Notes: generated by a model not told the origin, from the letters alone. A stretch of 63,475 bases of DNA from Candidatus Jacksonbacteria bacterium RIFCSPLOWO2_02_FULL_44_20 (GCA_001818155.1 MHJU01000017.1:1-63475), one strand, 5' to 3'. Positions 18,498-29,028 are shown, counted from the first letter of the stretch. Numbers and translations are program-made.

Positions 18498-19508
18498 ATG
18501 TCAAAATTTCTAAAAAAACTAACGGCGCGCCAAAATTTAACCCAAAAAGAGGCGACGATGCTTATGCGCGAGCTTGTGTCAGAAAAATTATCTGATGTTT
18601 CAAAATCCGCGCTCCTTACCGCTCTTGCTATGAAAGGCGAAACCATTGAAGAAATTACCGGAACGGCAGAAGCGATGCGGAAGCTCTCGGTTAAAATTCA
18701 TGTGAAAAATCCTCTGCTTGACACCTGCGGCACGGGCGGCTCTGGTTTACAACGCCTTAATGTATCCACCGCATCCGCGTTTATCCTTGCCGCTTGCGGA
18801 GTGCGCGTGGCAAAACACGGCAACCGAGCGGCTTCCGGGAGAGTCGGGAGTTTTGATGTCTTAGAATCGCTCGGCGCAAAAATAGAGCTAAATCCAAAGC
18901 AAGTAGCGCAAACAATTAAACAAACCGGCCTTGGTTTTATATTTGCGCCTTTGTATCACCCTGCAATGAAAAACATAATGCCGGTCCGAAAAGAGCTTGG
19001 CATAAAAACTATTTTTAACATCCTCGGGCCCCTGACAAATCCGGCCGGAGCGAGGTGTCAGGTGCTTGGAGTATCGGAAAAGCGGCTTGGGCCGATGATG
19101 ATTTCGGTTCTGAAAAAATTGGGAGCGGTGCGAGCGCTCGTAGTTTATGGAGAAGACGGCTTGGACGAAATAACCATAACCGCGCCAACAAAAATTTGGG
19201 AACTCAAGAACAAAGCCATTCGTTTCTACTCCATTACCCCGGAACAGTTCGGCATAAAACGCGCGCCCTTTTCAAAAATTAAAGGCGACGATGCCACATA
19301 CAATGCGCGCGCGATCAGCGGCGTATTTGACGGAAATATCATTGACGCGCGGCGCGACATCATTCTCTTAAACGCCGCGGCGGGCTTGTATGTATACGGC
19401 GCGGTCGTGTCAATTAAAAAAGGCCTTGCCCTCGCGCGCGAAGCGGTTTCATCAGGAAAAGCGAGAAGCAAACTTGCAGAATATATCATAACAAGCAATG
19501 CGGTATGA
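18498..19508 (+). CDS. trpD: Anthranilate phosphoribosyltransferase
   Basis: DTCGTGGSG, KHGNRAASG and NILGPLTNPA motifs. Confidence 0.9.
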   Translation: MSKFLKKLTARQNLTQKEATMLMRELVSEKLSDVSKSALLTALAMKGETIEEITGTAEAMRKLSVKIHVKNPLLDTCGTGGSGLQRLNVSTASAFILAACGVRVAKHGNRAASGRVGSFDVLESLGAKIELNPKQVAQTIKQTGLGFIFAPLYHPAMKNIMPVRKELGIKTIFNILGPLTNPAGARCQVLGVSEKRLGPMMISVLKKLGAVRALVVYGEDGLDEITITAPTKIWELKNKAIRFYSITPEQFGIKRAPFSKIKGDDATYNARAISGVFDGNIIDARRDIILLNAAAGLYVYGAVVSIKKGLALAREAVSSGKARSKLAEYIITSNAV

Positions 19509-20293
19509 ACATACTAAACGCGATCGTCGCGAATAAAAAAAAAGAAATCGCCAAACGAAAAAAAATGCGTCCGCTTGCGTCTTTTGTTAAAACTCTTGGT
19601 GCCAGCGACCGAAATTTTCATCGCGCGCTCAAGAAGGGAAGAAACGACGCCAACCCGCGCCTTATCGCTGAAATCAAAAATGCTTCGCCTTCAGAAGGCA
19701 TTCTGCGTCCTTGTCTTGAAACAGACTTCCCCGAAATAGTCGCGGTCTATAACCGTTACGCATCCGCAATTTCTGTAGTTACCGATGAACGCTTTTTCCA
19801 AGGACATCTTGAATGGATAAAAAAAATCCGCGCTCTCACCAATCTCCCGATTCTCTGCAAAGATTTTATTATTGACGAATACCAAATTTACGAGGCAAGG
19901 AACTACGGCGCAGACTCAATTTTACTCATCGCGTCTCCGCACTGCGTGGATGAAAAAAAACTCACCGAGTTTGTAAAAATCGCCGGCTCTTTGGGCATGA
20001 GCTCGCTTGTAGAAATTCATAATGAAAAAGAAATAAAAACAGCCCTTAATGCTGGGGCTGAAATTATCGGAATCAATAATCGCAATCTGGAAACATTTGA
20101 CGTATCTTTAGAAATCACGCTCGCGCTCGCTCCGCTCGTGCCTCCGGAGTGCGTAATTGTGAGCGAGAGCGGCTTCAAGACGAGCGAGGAGATAAAAAAA
20201 ATGCACGGGTTAGCGGATGCCGTGCTTATTGGAACAACGTTTATGAAAGCAAAAAATATCGCTTCGGCATGCGCTAAGTTATTCCATTGTTAA
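19505..20293 (+). CDS. trpC: Indole-3-glycerol-phosphate synthase (single domain, no TrpF fusion)
   Basis: IAEIKNASPSEG, LCKDFIIDEYQIYEAR, GINNRNL and ESG motifs. 262 aa. Confidence 0.85.
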   Translation: MNILNAIVANKKKEIAKRKKMRPLASFVKTLGASDRNFHRALKKGRNDANPRLIAEIKNASPSEGILRPCLETDFPEIVAVYNRYASAISVVTDERFFQGHLEWIKKIRALTNLPILCKDFIIDEYQIYEARNYGADSILLIASPHCVDEKKLTEFVKIAGSLGMSSLVEIHNEKEIKTALNAGAEIIGINNRNLETFDVSLEITLALAPLVPPECVIVSESGFKTSEEIKKMHGLADAVLIGTTFMKAKNIASACAKLFHC

Positions 20294-21126
20294 TTGGGAT
20301 TATAGAGCAACCGAACTAATTCCCGCACAAAACATTCCCGCGCGTGTTTGGAGATTAAAAGACGCACTATGCTGTCGTGGCCGTCAGACGTCCACTCGTC
20401 GCTTTTCTCGCTCAACCACTGGCATCCCCACTTCACCATACTTCCGTATTCCGGAATTTTTTTCTGCTCTTCCGGCTCAATGTGCCGAGCAGTGTCTTCT
20501 AAATACTGATCCAAAATTTCCTTTGATAAACCACCATGGAGTGTTGGCTCAAGATCAATATCGCAATCTTGCCGCAAACGCGCTATGACGCACATCGCAC
20601 GAGCGGTGCTGACCCCATATTCCCATGAAAATATTTCTGCCGCGCTGATGACATTTTGCGCGCGTTCCTCTTTTAATAAAGACTTATCTTCAAAATAAGG
20701 ATCCATCAATATCTTCTGCATAACCTCGGCCGGAGAACCTTCTTTACTGTCACTTAACGCGCTACTTGCCAACTTTCCCGACTGATCCGTCATCGTTTTT
20801 AGTGCAAGATGGGCAAGGTGGGTCATTAGTTCAAATCTGCCGCCTTCTTTGCCAACCGCCGCCTGATTATAGCAGATCCTTTTTTTATCCATATCAATGC
20901 CGCACATCTCTTTTAGAGGCACCTGCATAAATTCATATTCACTCTCTACTTGGTGAAGCGCGTCCGTTAAGTCAAAAATTTTTTCTTTACCCTTAAAAAT
21001 CAACGCGCGAACGCGATATTTCTCTGGAACCGTTAATTCCATTAAAGAGTGCGCGCCGTCTATGGCATATTCTTTTATCGTGTGCGTCTTTTCATGCCCT
21101 CCCAAGACACCTTCCAAGATGCGCAT
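20290..21126 (-). CDS. Hypothetical cytoplasmic protein
   Basis: Long ORF with no recognisable motif. Lies 5 nt downstream of hppA on the same strand. Confidence 0.45.
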   Translation of the reverse strand: MRILEGVLGGHEKTHTIKEYAIDGAHSLMELTVPEKYRVRALIFKGKEKIFDLTDALHQVESEYEFMQVPLKEMCGIDMDKKRICYNQAAVGKEGGRFELMTHLAHLALKTMTDQSGKLASSALSDSKEGSPAEVMQKILMDPYFEDKSLLKEERAQNVISAAEIFSWEYGVSTARAMCVIARLRQDCDIDLEPTLHGGLSKEILDQYLEDTARHIEPEEQKKIPEYGSMVKWGCQWLSEKSDEWTSDGHDSIVRLLISKHARECFVRELVRLLYNPN

Positions 21127-21131
21127 GAGTT

Positions 21132-23150
21132 TTATCCTCCTTGAATTTTTATCAACACACCGACAAGCAAGAGCGCCACGACATTGATGATTTTAATCAT
21201 TGGGTTGATGGCGGGGCCTGCGGTGTCTTTATAGGGATCCCCGACCGTATCGCCTGTAACCGCGGCCTGATGCGCTGGAGATTTTTTACCCCCATAATTC
21301 CCGGCTTCAATAAATTTTTTTGCGTTATCCCACGCGGCTCCGCCTGAAGTCATAGAAATTCCGACAAATAGTCCTGTGATAATACAGCCGATGAGCAATC
21401 CCCCAAGCGCTTGCGGCCCTAAAATTACACCTACTAAAATTGGCGCAACAACTGGAATAAGAGCCGGAAGTATCATCTGCTTTAATGCGCCGCTTGTAAC
21501 AATGTCAACCGCTCGGCTGTAGTCCGGTTTTGATGTTCCATCCATAATGCCCGCAATCTCGCGGAATTGCCGGCGCACTTCGTCCACCACGAGCCCCGCG
21601 ACTTTGCCAACCGCTTCCATTGCGTAAGCTCCAAAAAGGTACGGCAAGAGTCCGCCTATAAAAAGACCAACGATGACTTTCGGAGAGTCAAGAGAAAAAT
21701 CAAGAGAAACTCCACTGCTCTTGAATTCCTCAACATACGCGGCAAACAAGACGAGTGTTGCAAGCGCGGCAGAGCCGATTGCGTATCCTTTGGTAATAGC
21801 TTTGGTTGTGTTTCCTACCGCGTCCAATGGATCAGTAACTGCTCGCACATTCTCGGGAAGTCCTGCCATCTCGGCAATGCCGCCAGCGTTATCTGTGATA
21901 GGGCCATAAGCGTCAATCGCAACAATAATTCCTGTTAAAGAAAGCATCGCCACTGCCGCAATCGCAATGCCATAAAGCCCGGCAAGCGAATACGCTCCTA
22001 AAATTCCGGCGCAAATAACGATAATCGGAAGCGCGGTTGACTTCATACCGACGGCTAATCCCGCAATAACGTTTGTGCCGTGCCCTGATTCCGACGCTTT
22101 TGCGATTTGCTGAACTGGTTTATGTTTGGTTGATGTGTAGTACTCGGTAATACATACGAGAAGGCCGGTAACGGCTAAACCGATGATGGCCGAGAAAAAT
22201 ACCCTCCCGCCTTGTATGATATAAAAAAAATCAATACTTGTATCAAAAAAAACTTCTCCTAACCAAAAAAATCCAACTACAGACAATACACCACTCACGA
22301 TCAATCCTTTATAGATCGCCCCCATAATAGATTGTCTTTTGCCTAGTTTAATAAAAAAGGTTGCGATGATTGAACTGACAATGCCAATACTTCCCAAAAA
22401 AAGCGGATACAAAATAAACTCTGACTCGCCAGGAAATAGCAAACTGCCCAAAAGCATCGCCGCTACAATCGTAACCGCGTAGGTCTCAAACAAATCCGCG
22501 GCCATGCCGGCGCAATCCCCCACATTGTCTCCAACGTTGTCGGCAATCACCGCCGGGTTTCGCGGATCGTCCTCTGGAATGCCAGCCTCAACTTTGCCGA
22601 CCAAATCCGCGCCAACATCCGCGGCTTTTGTAAAAATTCCGCCGCCTAAACGCGCAAACACTGAAATCAAACTTGCGCCAAAACCAAGACCGATAAGAGC
22701 GTGTACATCACTTGTTAAGGCGTAAAATCCAGCAACTCCCAAAAGAGCTAAACTGACAACCAATAATCCGGTAACGGTTCCGCCTTTCAGAGCAACGTCC
22801 AGCGCCTCGCGTAAGCCTGTTTTTGCGGCTTCTGCCGTGCGCACGTTTGCTTTCACTGAAATCAGCATGCCGATCACGCCGGACGCGCCCGACAACACCG
22901 CGCCGACCAAAAATCCAAGCGCGGTTTTCACGCCCAAAAAAATGAGAAGAAGCGCAAATACCGCTATGCCGATAAACGCAATGGTCTGATATTGGCGTTT
23001 CAAATACGCCTTTGCGCCAGTTTCAATTGCGCACGCAATCAGAACCATTTTCCCATCGCCCTTTGGTTTGGCGAGAACTTTTTTGATGAGCCAGATGGAG
23101 TACAGAATGCCGATGGCACCGGCTATAAAAGGTATGAGTATTAGCGGCAT
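21132..23150 (-). CDS. hppA: Membrane-bound ion-translocating pyrophosphatase
   Basis: [30 protein letters not shown] and [17 protein letters not shown] motifs. Confidence 0.9.
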   Translation of the reverse strand: MPLILIPFIAGAIGILYSIWLIKKVLAKPKGDGKMVLIACAIETGAKAYLKRQYQTIAFIGIAVFALLLIFLGVKTALGFLVGAVLSGASGVIGMLISVKANVRTAEAAKTGLREALDVALKGGTVTGLLVVSLALLGVAGFYALTSDVHALIGLGFGASLISVFARLGGGIFTKAADVGADLVGKVEAGIPEDDPRNPAVIADNVGDNVGDCAGMAADLFETYAVTIVAAMLLGSLLFPGESEFILYPLFLGSIGIVSSIIATFFIKLGKRQSIMGAIYKGLIVSGVLSVVGFFWLGEVFFDTSIDFFYIIQGGRVFFSAIIGLAVTGLLVCITEYYTSTKHKPVQQIAKASESGHGTNVIAGLAVGMKSTALPIIVICAGILGAYSLAGLYGIAIAAVAMLSLTGIIVAIDAYGPITDNAGGIAEMAGLPENVRAVTDPLDAVGNTTKAITKGYAIGSAALATLVLFAAYVEEFKSSGVSLDFSLDSPKVIVGLFIGGLLPYLFGAYAMEAVGKVAGLVVDEVRRQFREIAGIMDGTSKPDYSRAVDIVTSGALKQMILPALIPVVAPILVGVILGPQALGGLLIGCIITGLFVGISMTSGGAAWDNAKKFIEAGNYGGKKSPAHQAAVTGDTVGDPYKDTAGPAINPMIKIINVVALLLVGVLIKIQGG

Positions 23151-23218
23151 AATAGTTGTCTTTGATATGCCGCACGCATTTTACGCACACGGAATATCGT
23201 CTATTAGTTTTTTCTCTT

Positions 23219-23995
23219 TTAAGAAATACCGATCTTCTCTTTTAAAAAAGCAATCACTTTTCTTCGGACAAGCATTTCATGCACATTGTCTATCAACGCT
23301 CTTGGATTTATGCGGTTCTCTGCATCTTTTACTGATCTAAACTGGCGCAAAAAAAGATCTGCCTCATCTTTAATCTCCTCTTCAGTAACCTCAATTTTCT
23401 CTTGTTCAGCAACGTTATGAATAATCGCATCTAACTGAACTCTCCGCATGGCCGATTCTTTTGATTCGCCGGGGTTTTCTAAAAGCTCTTCGGCAATATC
23501 TGAAAACTTGCTCGCTTTTACGATTTTTTCAAACATCTCGGCTGATTGTCGCGCGTTCTCTCTCTCTTCCTCTTCCAGACGAATGTTCTCTGAAATGTGA
23601 ATTTTCAGTTTCTTTTCAACGCGAATCTCGGAAAGCAAAGGCAGAGTTACTGTCGGAGCAAATACGGATTCTGCGGAGTATTCAACAGATTTACCCATTT
23701 TAAGCTGTATAGGAGTGATTTTCGGCGGGAGGGCCGGATGCAGATCGCGCTCTTGCAGGATTTTAAGATAAGAATCGTGTACGATTGAAGGAAACGCCTC
23801 TGTAAGAATTTCTTCTTCGCCAATTCTCTGTTTGATAATTTCGTACGGCGCTTTGCCGCGGCGGAATCCCGGAACAGACAGTTTCGCTCCAATCCTGTTC
23901 AATGCTTTTTGTATATTCTTTTCGCATTCTTCAAACGGCACTGTTACGGTGAAGATAATTTTTGACTCGCGAGGTTGTGTGGTAGCGTAGGTCAT
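23219..23995 (-). CDS. tig: Trigger-factor-like chaperone lacking the PPIase domain
   Basis: Ribosome-binding signature GFRRGKAP in the N-domain. The remainder is a helical C-domain. Only 258 aa. Confidence 0.6.
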   Translation of the reverse strand: MTYATTQPRESKIIFTVTVPFEECEKNIQKALNRIGAKLSVPGFRRGKAPYEIIKQRIGEEEILTEAFPSIVHDSYLKILQERDLHPALPPKITPIQLKMGKSVEYSAESVFAPTVTLPLLSEIRVEKKLKIHISENIRLEEEERENARQSAEMFEKIVKASKFSDIAEELLENPGESKESAMRRVQLDAIIHNVAEQEKIEVTEEEIKDEADLFLRQFRSVKDAENRINPRALIDNVHEMLVRRKVIAFLKEKIGIS

Positions 23996-25272
23996 TGGGA
24001 AACATTCTCTGTATCATCGCCCGGCTCGTCATCCGAGATCTCAATAACCGCGTTTGTTTCACTCTGAACAATGTCAATCTTCCAAAGAGTAAGTTTCGCC
24101 GCAAGGCGCACGTTCTGGCCGCCTTTTCCGATGGCAAGAGACTGCTGTTCCGCCTTCACAGTGACCTTTGCGCGACGCTCATCTCTGTCAAGAATTTCAA
24201 CGCTATCAACCTTTGCTGGGGAAAGCGCCGAGGCGATAAACTTTTCATCGTTCGCGCTCCACTCAATAATATCAATCTTCTCTCCGTGGAGCTCGTCAAT
24301 CACAGCGTTTACGCGCGCCCCGCGCTGACCGACGCATGATCCGATCGGATCAATGTTCTCTTCGTTCGCCACTACAGCTATTTTTGAGCGAGACCCGGCC
24401 TCGCGCGCGACGGCTTTGATTTCCACAGTTCCGCTTTCAAGCTCCGGCACTTCAAGCTCAAACAATTTAGAAACGAGATCTCTGTGCGTGCGCGACACGA
24501 TCACCTCCGGCCCTTTCGGCGTCATCTCAACTCTCGCGATTACGAGTTTCAGGCGCCCTCCGATCCGATACTCATCGCCCGCCATTTGCTCTCTGTATGG
24601 AAGTATGGCGTTCACCCGGCCGATATCAATTATCACCACCGATCCCTCAACCCGTTGCACAACGCCGCTTACCATCTCTCCTTCCCGATTTTTATAAGTG
24701 TTAAAGACAATGGAACGCTCTGCTTCCCGTATTCTCTGAATAATAACCTGTTTTGCGGTTTGCGCCGCCATGCGGCCAAAGTCCCCGGGAACTTCAAGCT
24801 CCTCCTTATACTCATCTCCGACTTTAATATCAGGATATATTTTTTTCGCGTCTGAAATCGTGATCTGCGTTCGGGGATTGAATTTCAAAAGAACTTTTCC
24901 CTCTTCAATAAGTTTATCGTCGTCGTTCAAATCAACACCGTCCGCATTAAATTTTTCGTCATCGTGATCATGAAATTCCGGCATATATAACGCGGCTTTT
25001 TTCTTTTGACGGGCGAGTTTCAGGGCCTCTTCTTTAATGCGCGCCGACACATTTTCTAGAACCAGTTTCATGTCAAACACCCGGAAATTGCCGGTTTGCG
25101 CATCCAGTGTAACGTGGATATTTTGCAGTTTATCCGCAAAATCCTTGCGATATGCCGCCGCGAGCGCGAGTTCAACTGTGGAAACAACGGATTCTTCAGG
25201 AATCTGTTTTTCCTCGCAAATTTGTTTAATCACTGTATAAAGGTCCGGGGACATAGAAAATTCAAAGTTCAA
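23992..25272 (-). CDS. nusA: Transcription termination/antitermination factor NusA
   Basis: S1 region (GEMVSGVVQRVEGSVVIIDIG). KH motifs IGSCVGQRGARV and AIGKGGQNVRLAAKLT. Confidence 0.9.
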   Translation of the reverse strand: MNFEFSMSPDLYTVIKQICEEKQIPEESVVSTVELALAAAYRKDFADKLQNIHVTLDAQTGNFRVFDMKLVLENVSARIKEEALKLARQKKKAALYMPEFHDHDDEKFNADGVDLNDDDKLIEEGKVLLKFNPRTQITISDAKKIYPDIKVGDEYKEELEVPGDFGRMAAQTAKQVIIQRIREAERSIVFNTYKNREGEMVSGVVQRVEGSVVIIDIGRVNAILPYREQMAGDEYRIGGRLKLVIARVEMTPKGPEVIVSRTHRDLVSKLFELEVPELESGTVEIKAVAREAGSRSKIAVVANEENIDPIGSCVGQRGARVNAVIDELHGEKIDIIEWSANDEKFIASALSPAKVDSVEILDRDERRAKVTVKAEQQSLAIGKGGQNVRLAAKLTLWKIDIVQSETNAVIEISDDEPGDDTENVSQ

Positions 25273-25417
25273 AATGCAAAATTGTTGCCGAACCTCGCTT
25301 TTGAACTATTTTTACAAAAATGACTAGCCAGCTTTCGCTACTAGTCATCAGAAAAACTACGACTAGCCCAAGTATAGCAGAGGTTGAAAAAGATGACAAG
25401 AGGAGTATACTGATGAA

Positions 25418-25762
25418 ATGTTCAAGTATATTCTTCAACGTTTTATATTAGACATCCTCTATTTCCCCCTATGGTGGTACACGCGGGGATTTACGCGGAC
25501 TATTAAATTTGCGTTAAGATCAGTCGCGGACGCGGAGCGGCAGATCGCGCTTGGGATTTGGCTCAAGGCAATGTTCAAGCCGATGTTTCAGGATTACACA
25601 TGGGAAGGGCGCATGGTAAGTTTTTTCATGCGAATCATGCTTTTGATTTTTAAGATTGTGATGTTTGGAGCATGGGTTATAGGCGCGATTCTTATAATTA
25701 TCGCATGGACAGGGCTTCCGATTATCGCAGTGTGGCTCTTGTGGCTCGCATTTCGCATATGA
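25418..25762 (+). CDS. Small membrane protein
   Basis: Two or three hydrophobic helices. ATGA overlap with the ruvA start. Confidence 0.5.
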   Translation: MFKYILQRFILDILYFPLWWYTRGFTRTIKFALRSVADAERQIALGIWLKAMFKPMFQDYTWEGRMVSFFMRIMLLIFKIVMFGAWVIGAILIIIAWTGLPIIAVWLLWLAFRI

Positions 25763-26334
25763 TCTCATACCTCAAAGGCATTCTAATCGCCAAAACTTCT
25801 GACACCGGAACTGTGCTAATAAACGACGCGATCGGATACGATGTGCGTATGAATCCAGTAGAACTCTCCGGGCTTATTATGCAAACACCTCTCGCTCTTC
25901 ATTGCTATCATCATATTACAGATCGCTCGCAAGAACTATACGGATTTTTATCGCCCCAGACAAAAGAAATTTTTATTTTACTTATTGAAAACGTCGCCGG
26001 CATCGGACCGCGCTCCGCGTTAAAAATTATCGCAAAAATTAACTCGGAGACTTTGAATAAAGCGCTCGCAACCGGAAACGCAAACGCGCTTTCAGAGATT
26101 GGTATCGGGCAAAAAACAGCGGAAAAAATCATCGCCGGACTCAAGGGAAAAGTTAATACTGTGGCATCAGCATCAGATAGCGTAAAAATCGTCCCTCCCG
26201 TCATGCGCGAAACGCTAGACGCGCTTGTGTCACTTGGATATTCAAAATCAGAAAGCGAACATGCGCTTCAGCAAATTGAGGCAGGAACCAAAAAAACGGA
26301 AATACTTATAAAAGAGGCTTTGCATTTGCTGTAA
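25759..26334 (+). CDS. ruvA: Holliday-junction branch-migration protein RuvA
   Basis: MISYLKGIL N-terminus. HhH motifs GIGPRSALKI and GIGQKTAEKI. Start set at internal ATG (M30). Confidence 0.8.
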   Translation: MISYLKGILIAKTSDTGTVLINDAIGYDVRMNPVELSGLIMQTPLALHCYHHITDRSQELYGFLSPQTKEIFILLIENVAGIGPRSALKIIAKINSETLNKALATGNANALSEIGIGQKTAEKIIAGLKGKVNTVASASDSVKIVPPVMRETLDALVSLGYSKSESEHALQQIEAGTKKTEILIKEALHLL

Positions 26335-26338
26335 ATTT

Positions 26339-27403
26339 ATGTCCTTCACTCCAACACCGCACTCGGAACTCCTCCAAAGCCCATTATGGGGACAAGTGCA
26401 AACATCGGCTGGACGCCGTGTTTTTTATGTTAAAAATTGTTTAATCATAAAACACGCGCTCCCGTTTGGGAAAAGTTTGTTGTACTCGCCGCGGCCGATT
26501 ATTACTGACGAGAAAAAATTGAATGAACTCGCGCATAAGATCGCGGCAATCGCAAAACAAGAAAAGGCGATATTCTGGAAAATAGATGGGATACCAAAAT
26601 TACGAATTACTAATTACAAATTACTAAACTCTTCTACGCTCCAATATCCCGAGACATTTATTCTTGACTTGTCTAAAACGGAAGATGAACTCTTAAAAAA
26701 CATGAAACCCAAAACGCGCTACAACATCGGACTTGCGCGGAAAAAAAATATAACAATCAGGTGGTCGCAAAACTCTAGAGACATCCCGCTCTTTTATAAA
26801 TTACTTGATGAAACCGCGAATAGACAAAAAATCGCAATCCACAAAATGCAACATTATAAAAATATCCTCTCAATCTTTGCGAAAAAAAACGCGGCGGCTC
26901 TAGGCATTGCCTACTATGAAGACAAGCCAGTCGCCGCAAATCTTGTAACGTTTTACGGCGATGCCGCCACGTACCTCCATGGCGGAACCGAGCATTCACA
27001 CCGCAACCTCATGGCGCCGTATCTTCTACAATGGGAAACGATACAAGAAGCCAAACAGCGCGGACTGCGCTTTTACGACTTAGGCGGAGTTGCGGTACAC
27101 GGCGGCAAAATTAAAGAATGGGCGGGCATTACACGATTCAAAGAAGGATTCGGCGGCACGCTTACCGACATGGGCGAAACGTATGATGTGGTGTTTAATC
27201 GCGCGTGGTATGCGCTTTACAAATACTGCATCAGATTAAAGCGGATTAAATTCATGCATATGAAACAATGGATAGCATTGATCAATTACATAGGACAATT
27301 AAGACTCTATAGCACCATCGATATATTCATTATAATATGTTCACAATACCAATTGCTCTTGGGTTCAAACATAATCAAGTATGGGCTTTTTGGGCGCATC
27401 TGA
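26339..27403 (+). CDS. FemAB-family peptidoglycan bridge-forming aminoacyltransferase
   Basis: NMKPKTRYNIGLARKK, TYLHGGT, YDLGG and FKEGFGG motifs. The C-terminal ~40 aa look atypical. Confidence 0.7.
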   Translation: MSFTPTPHSELLQSPLWGQVQTSAGRRVFYVKNCLIIKHALPFGKSLLYSPRPIITDEKKLNELAHKIAAIAKQEKAIFWKIDGIPKLRITNYKLLNSSTLQYPETFILDLSKTEDELLKNMKPKTRYNIGLARKKNITIRWSQNSRDIPLFYKLLDETANRQKIAIHKMQHYKNILSIFAKKNAAALGIAYYEDKPVAANLVTFYGDAATYLHGGTEHSHRNLMAPYLLQWETIQEAKQRGLRFYDLGGVAVHGGKIKEWAGITRFKEGFGGTLTDMGETYDVVFNRAWYALYKYCIRLKRIKFMHMKQWIALINYIGQLRLYSTIDIFIIICSQYQLLLGSNIIKYGLFGRI

Positions 27404-27551
27404 CGATGGTTGTCTTCACAACAATGGTATGGTTTCAATTTTCACAGATCAAAGTACCGTACATAATAATAATCATTTTGGAAATACTGTCATATCCTCT
27501 AACGCCCCGCGCAAGCAATCCTCAAATGATAAATTTTTATAAACAGTCACC

Positions 27552-28202
27552 ATGATTTTTCAAAATCGCGCCGACGCTGGCGAACAGCTTGGGCAAAAAC
27601 TGAAACACCTTAAAGGTGATAAAAATCTGCTTGTTTTAGGTCTGCCGCGAGGAGGCGTTGTTACAGCGGCAGAAATCGCAAGATTCCTCAACGCCCCGCT
27701 TGAGGTGATTATCTGCCGCAAAATCGGCGCGCCAGGGAATGAAGAGTTTGCGATCGGCGCGATATCGGAAAATGGGGGCGAGTTTTTAAATCAAGATGTG
27801 ATCACGGCGTACGGCATTTCGCAAAATTATATTGATGCAACAATCGCGCGCGAAACAAAAAAAATCGCCGCGTATCAAAACACATTTCGCGGCAGCGGGA
27901 AATCGCCTAACATTAAAAACAAAACCGTCGTCATCGCAGACGACGGAGCCGCGACTGGCTACACTATAAAAGCCGCAATTGACGCGGCGCGAAAACAGAA
28001 TCCGGAAAAAATAATAATCGCGCTTCCAGTTGCTCCGCTGGATACCGCGCGTGAACTCCACGCCCTTACCGATGAAATCGTAATTTTAGAAACTCCGCCG
28101 CATTTTCAAGCAGTAGGGCAATTCTACGCCGAATTTACCCAAGTGGAGACAGAAGCAGTCAAGGCACTGCTTCTGGAGAGCCAAAAACAAAAACCCCATT
28201 GA
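27552..28202 (+). CDS. Phosphoribosyltransferase-family protein
   Basis: VLGLPRGGV, plus the PRPP-binding loop VVIADDGAATGYT. Confidence 0.7.
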   Translation: MIFQNRADAGEQLGQKLKHLKGDKNLLVLGLPRGGVVTAAEIARFLNAPLEVIICRKIGAPGNEEFAIGAISENGGEFLNQDVITAYGISQNYIDATIARETKKIAAYQNTFRGSGKSPNIKNKTVVIADDGAATGYTIKAAIDAARKQNPEKIIIALPVAPLDTARELHALTDEIVILETPPHFQAVGQFYAEFTQVETEAVKALLLESQKQKPH

Positions 28203-28239
28203 ATAAAGCATCGGGGCTTTTTAAGTCAATACCAATCCC

Positions 28240-29028
28240 TTACTCCACCTTGCTCAAAAGCCCCAACTCCCGCACGCGGCGGAACATGCGGGCGTAAAAA
28301 ATGGAGGCGAGAATAAGATAGACGAGGTTTAACACGAGCGCCCACCAAAAATGAAGCGCGGAGAAACCGCTTCCGGCAAACACGCCGCGCATGCCCTCAA
28401 ACACGTGTGTCGCGGGAATACTCCACGCTATGAACTGTAAAAATGAAGGCAAGATCGCAAGCGGATAAAATACCGCGGAGATCGGTTGCAATAAAAATCC
28501 AAGCGAAAACGCGAGTATCTGGGTTTCAGTGCCGTAGCGGAAAATAATCGCGGAAATAAAAATGCCGGCCGCAATTCCGAACAAAAACAGGTTCGCGATA
28601 AACGGTATGAGAGAAAATCCGAGCGTAAAAAGATTGAAGTGATAGAGCAAACCAGCAAGCGCGGAGATGTATCCGATGATAACGAATGTTTTCAGAACAC
28701 CGACAGCGATGCCCCCCAAAAGATACTCCCAAACTGTAAGCGGAGAGACGAAAAGATTAATGATATTGCGCGACCAAATGTCTTCCAAAAATGCAATCGT
28801 AACATCATGCTGTGACGTTATAAACACGCCCCACAAAATCACGCCGCCAAGAAGAAAGGAGGCGACGCCAGGCGCGTTCAACGCTGTTCTTTCTAAAAAT
28901 TGGCTCACAAATCCCCATAAGATAAGCTCCATCGTTGGCCAATAAAACACGTCCATCACCCGCGGGAGCGAGCGCTTTGAGTGGTACCAGTAGTGTAAAA
29001 TTATCGCGTTAATACGGTGGAGTTTCAT
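28240..29028 (-). CDS. ABC-2-type transporter permease
   Basis: Six TM helices in 262 aa, with an ABC-2 permease pattern. No ATPase gene is adjacent; the only ABC-2-type ATPase is at 37220..38143. Confidence 0.75.
   Translation of the reverse strand: MKLHRINAIILHYWYHSKRSLPRVMDVFYWPTMELILWGFVSQFLERTALNAPGVASFLLGGVILWGVFITSQHDVTIAFLEDIWSRNIINLFVSPLTVWEYLLGGIAVGVLKTFVIIGYISALAGLLYHFNLFTLGFSLIPFIANLFLFGIAAGIFISAIIFRYGTETQILAFSLGFLLQPISAVFYPLAILPSFLQFIAWSIPATHVFEGMRGVFAGSGFSALHFWWALVLNLVYLILASIFYARMFRRVRELGLLSKVE

Noticed and set aside
20290-20293. Convergent genes trpC and ORF 20290..21126 share overlapping stop codons (TTAA).
   Set aside because: This is a trivial consequence of tight packing. 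No hairpin or regulatory structure is evident.
27337-27555. 72-aa hydrophobic ORF overlapping the end of the FemAB-family gene and the start of the PRTase gene.
   Set aside because: It overlaps two better-supported genes and has no motif support. It may be real, but this cannot be argued from the sequence alone.
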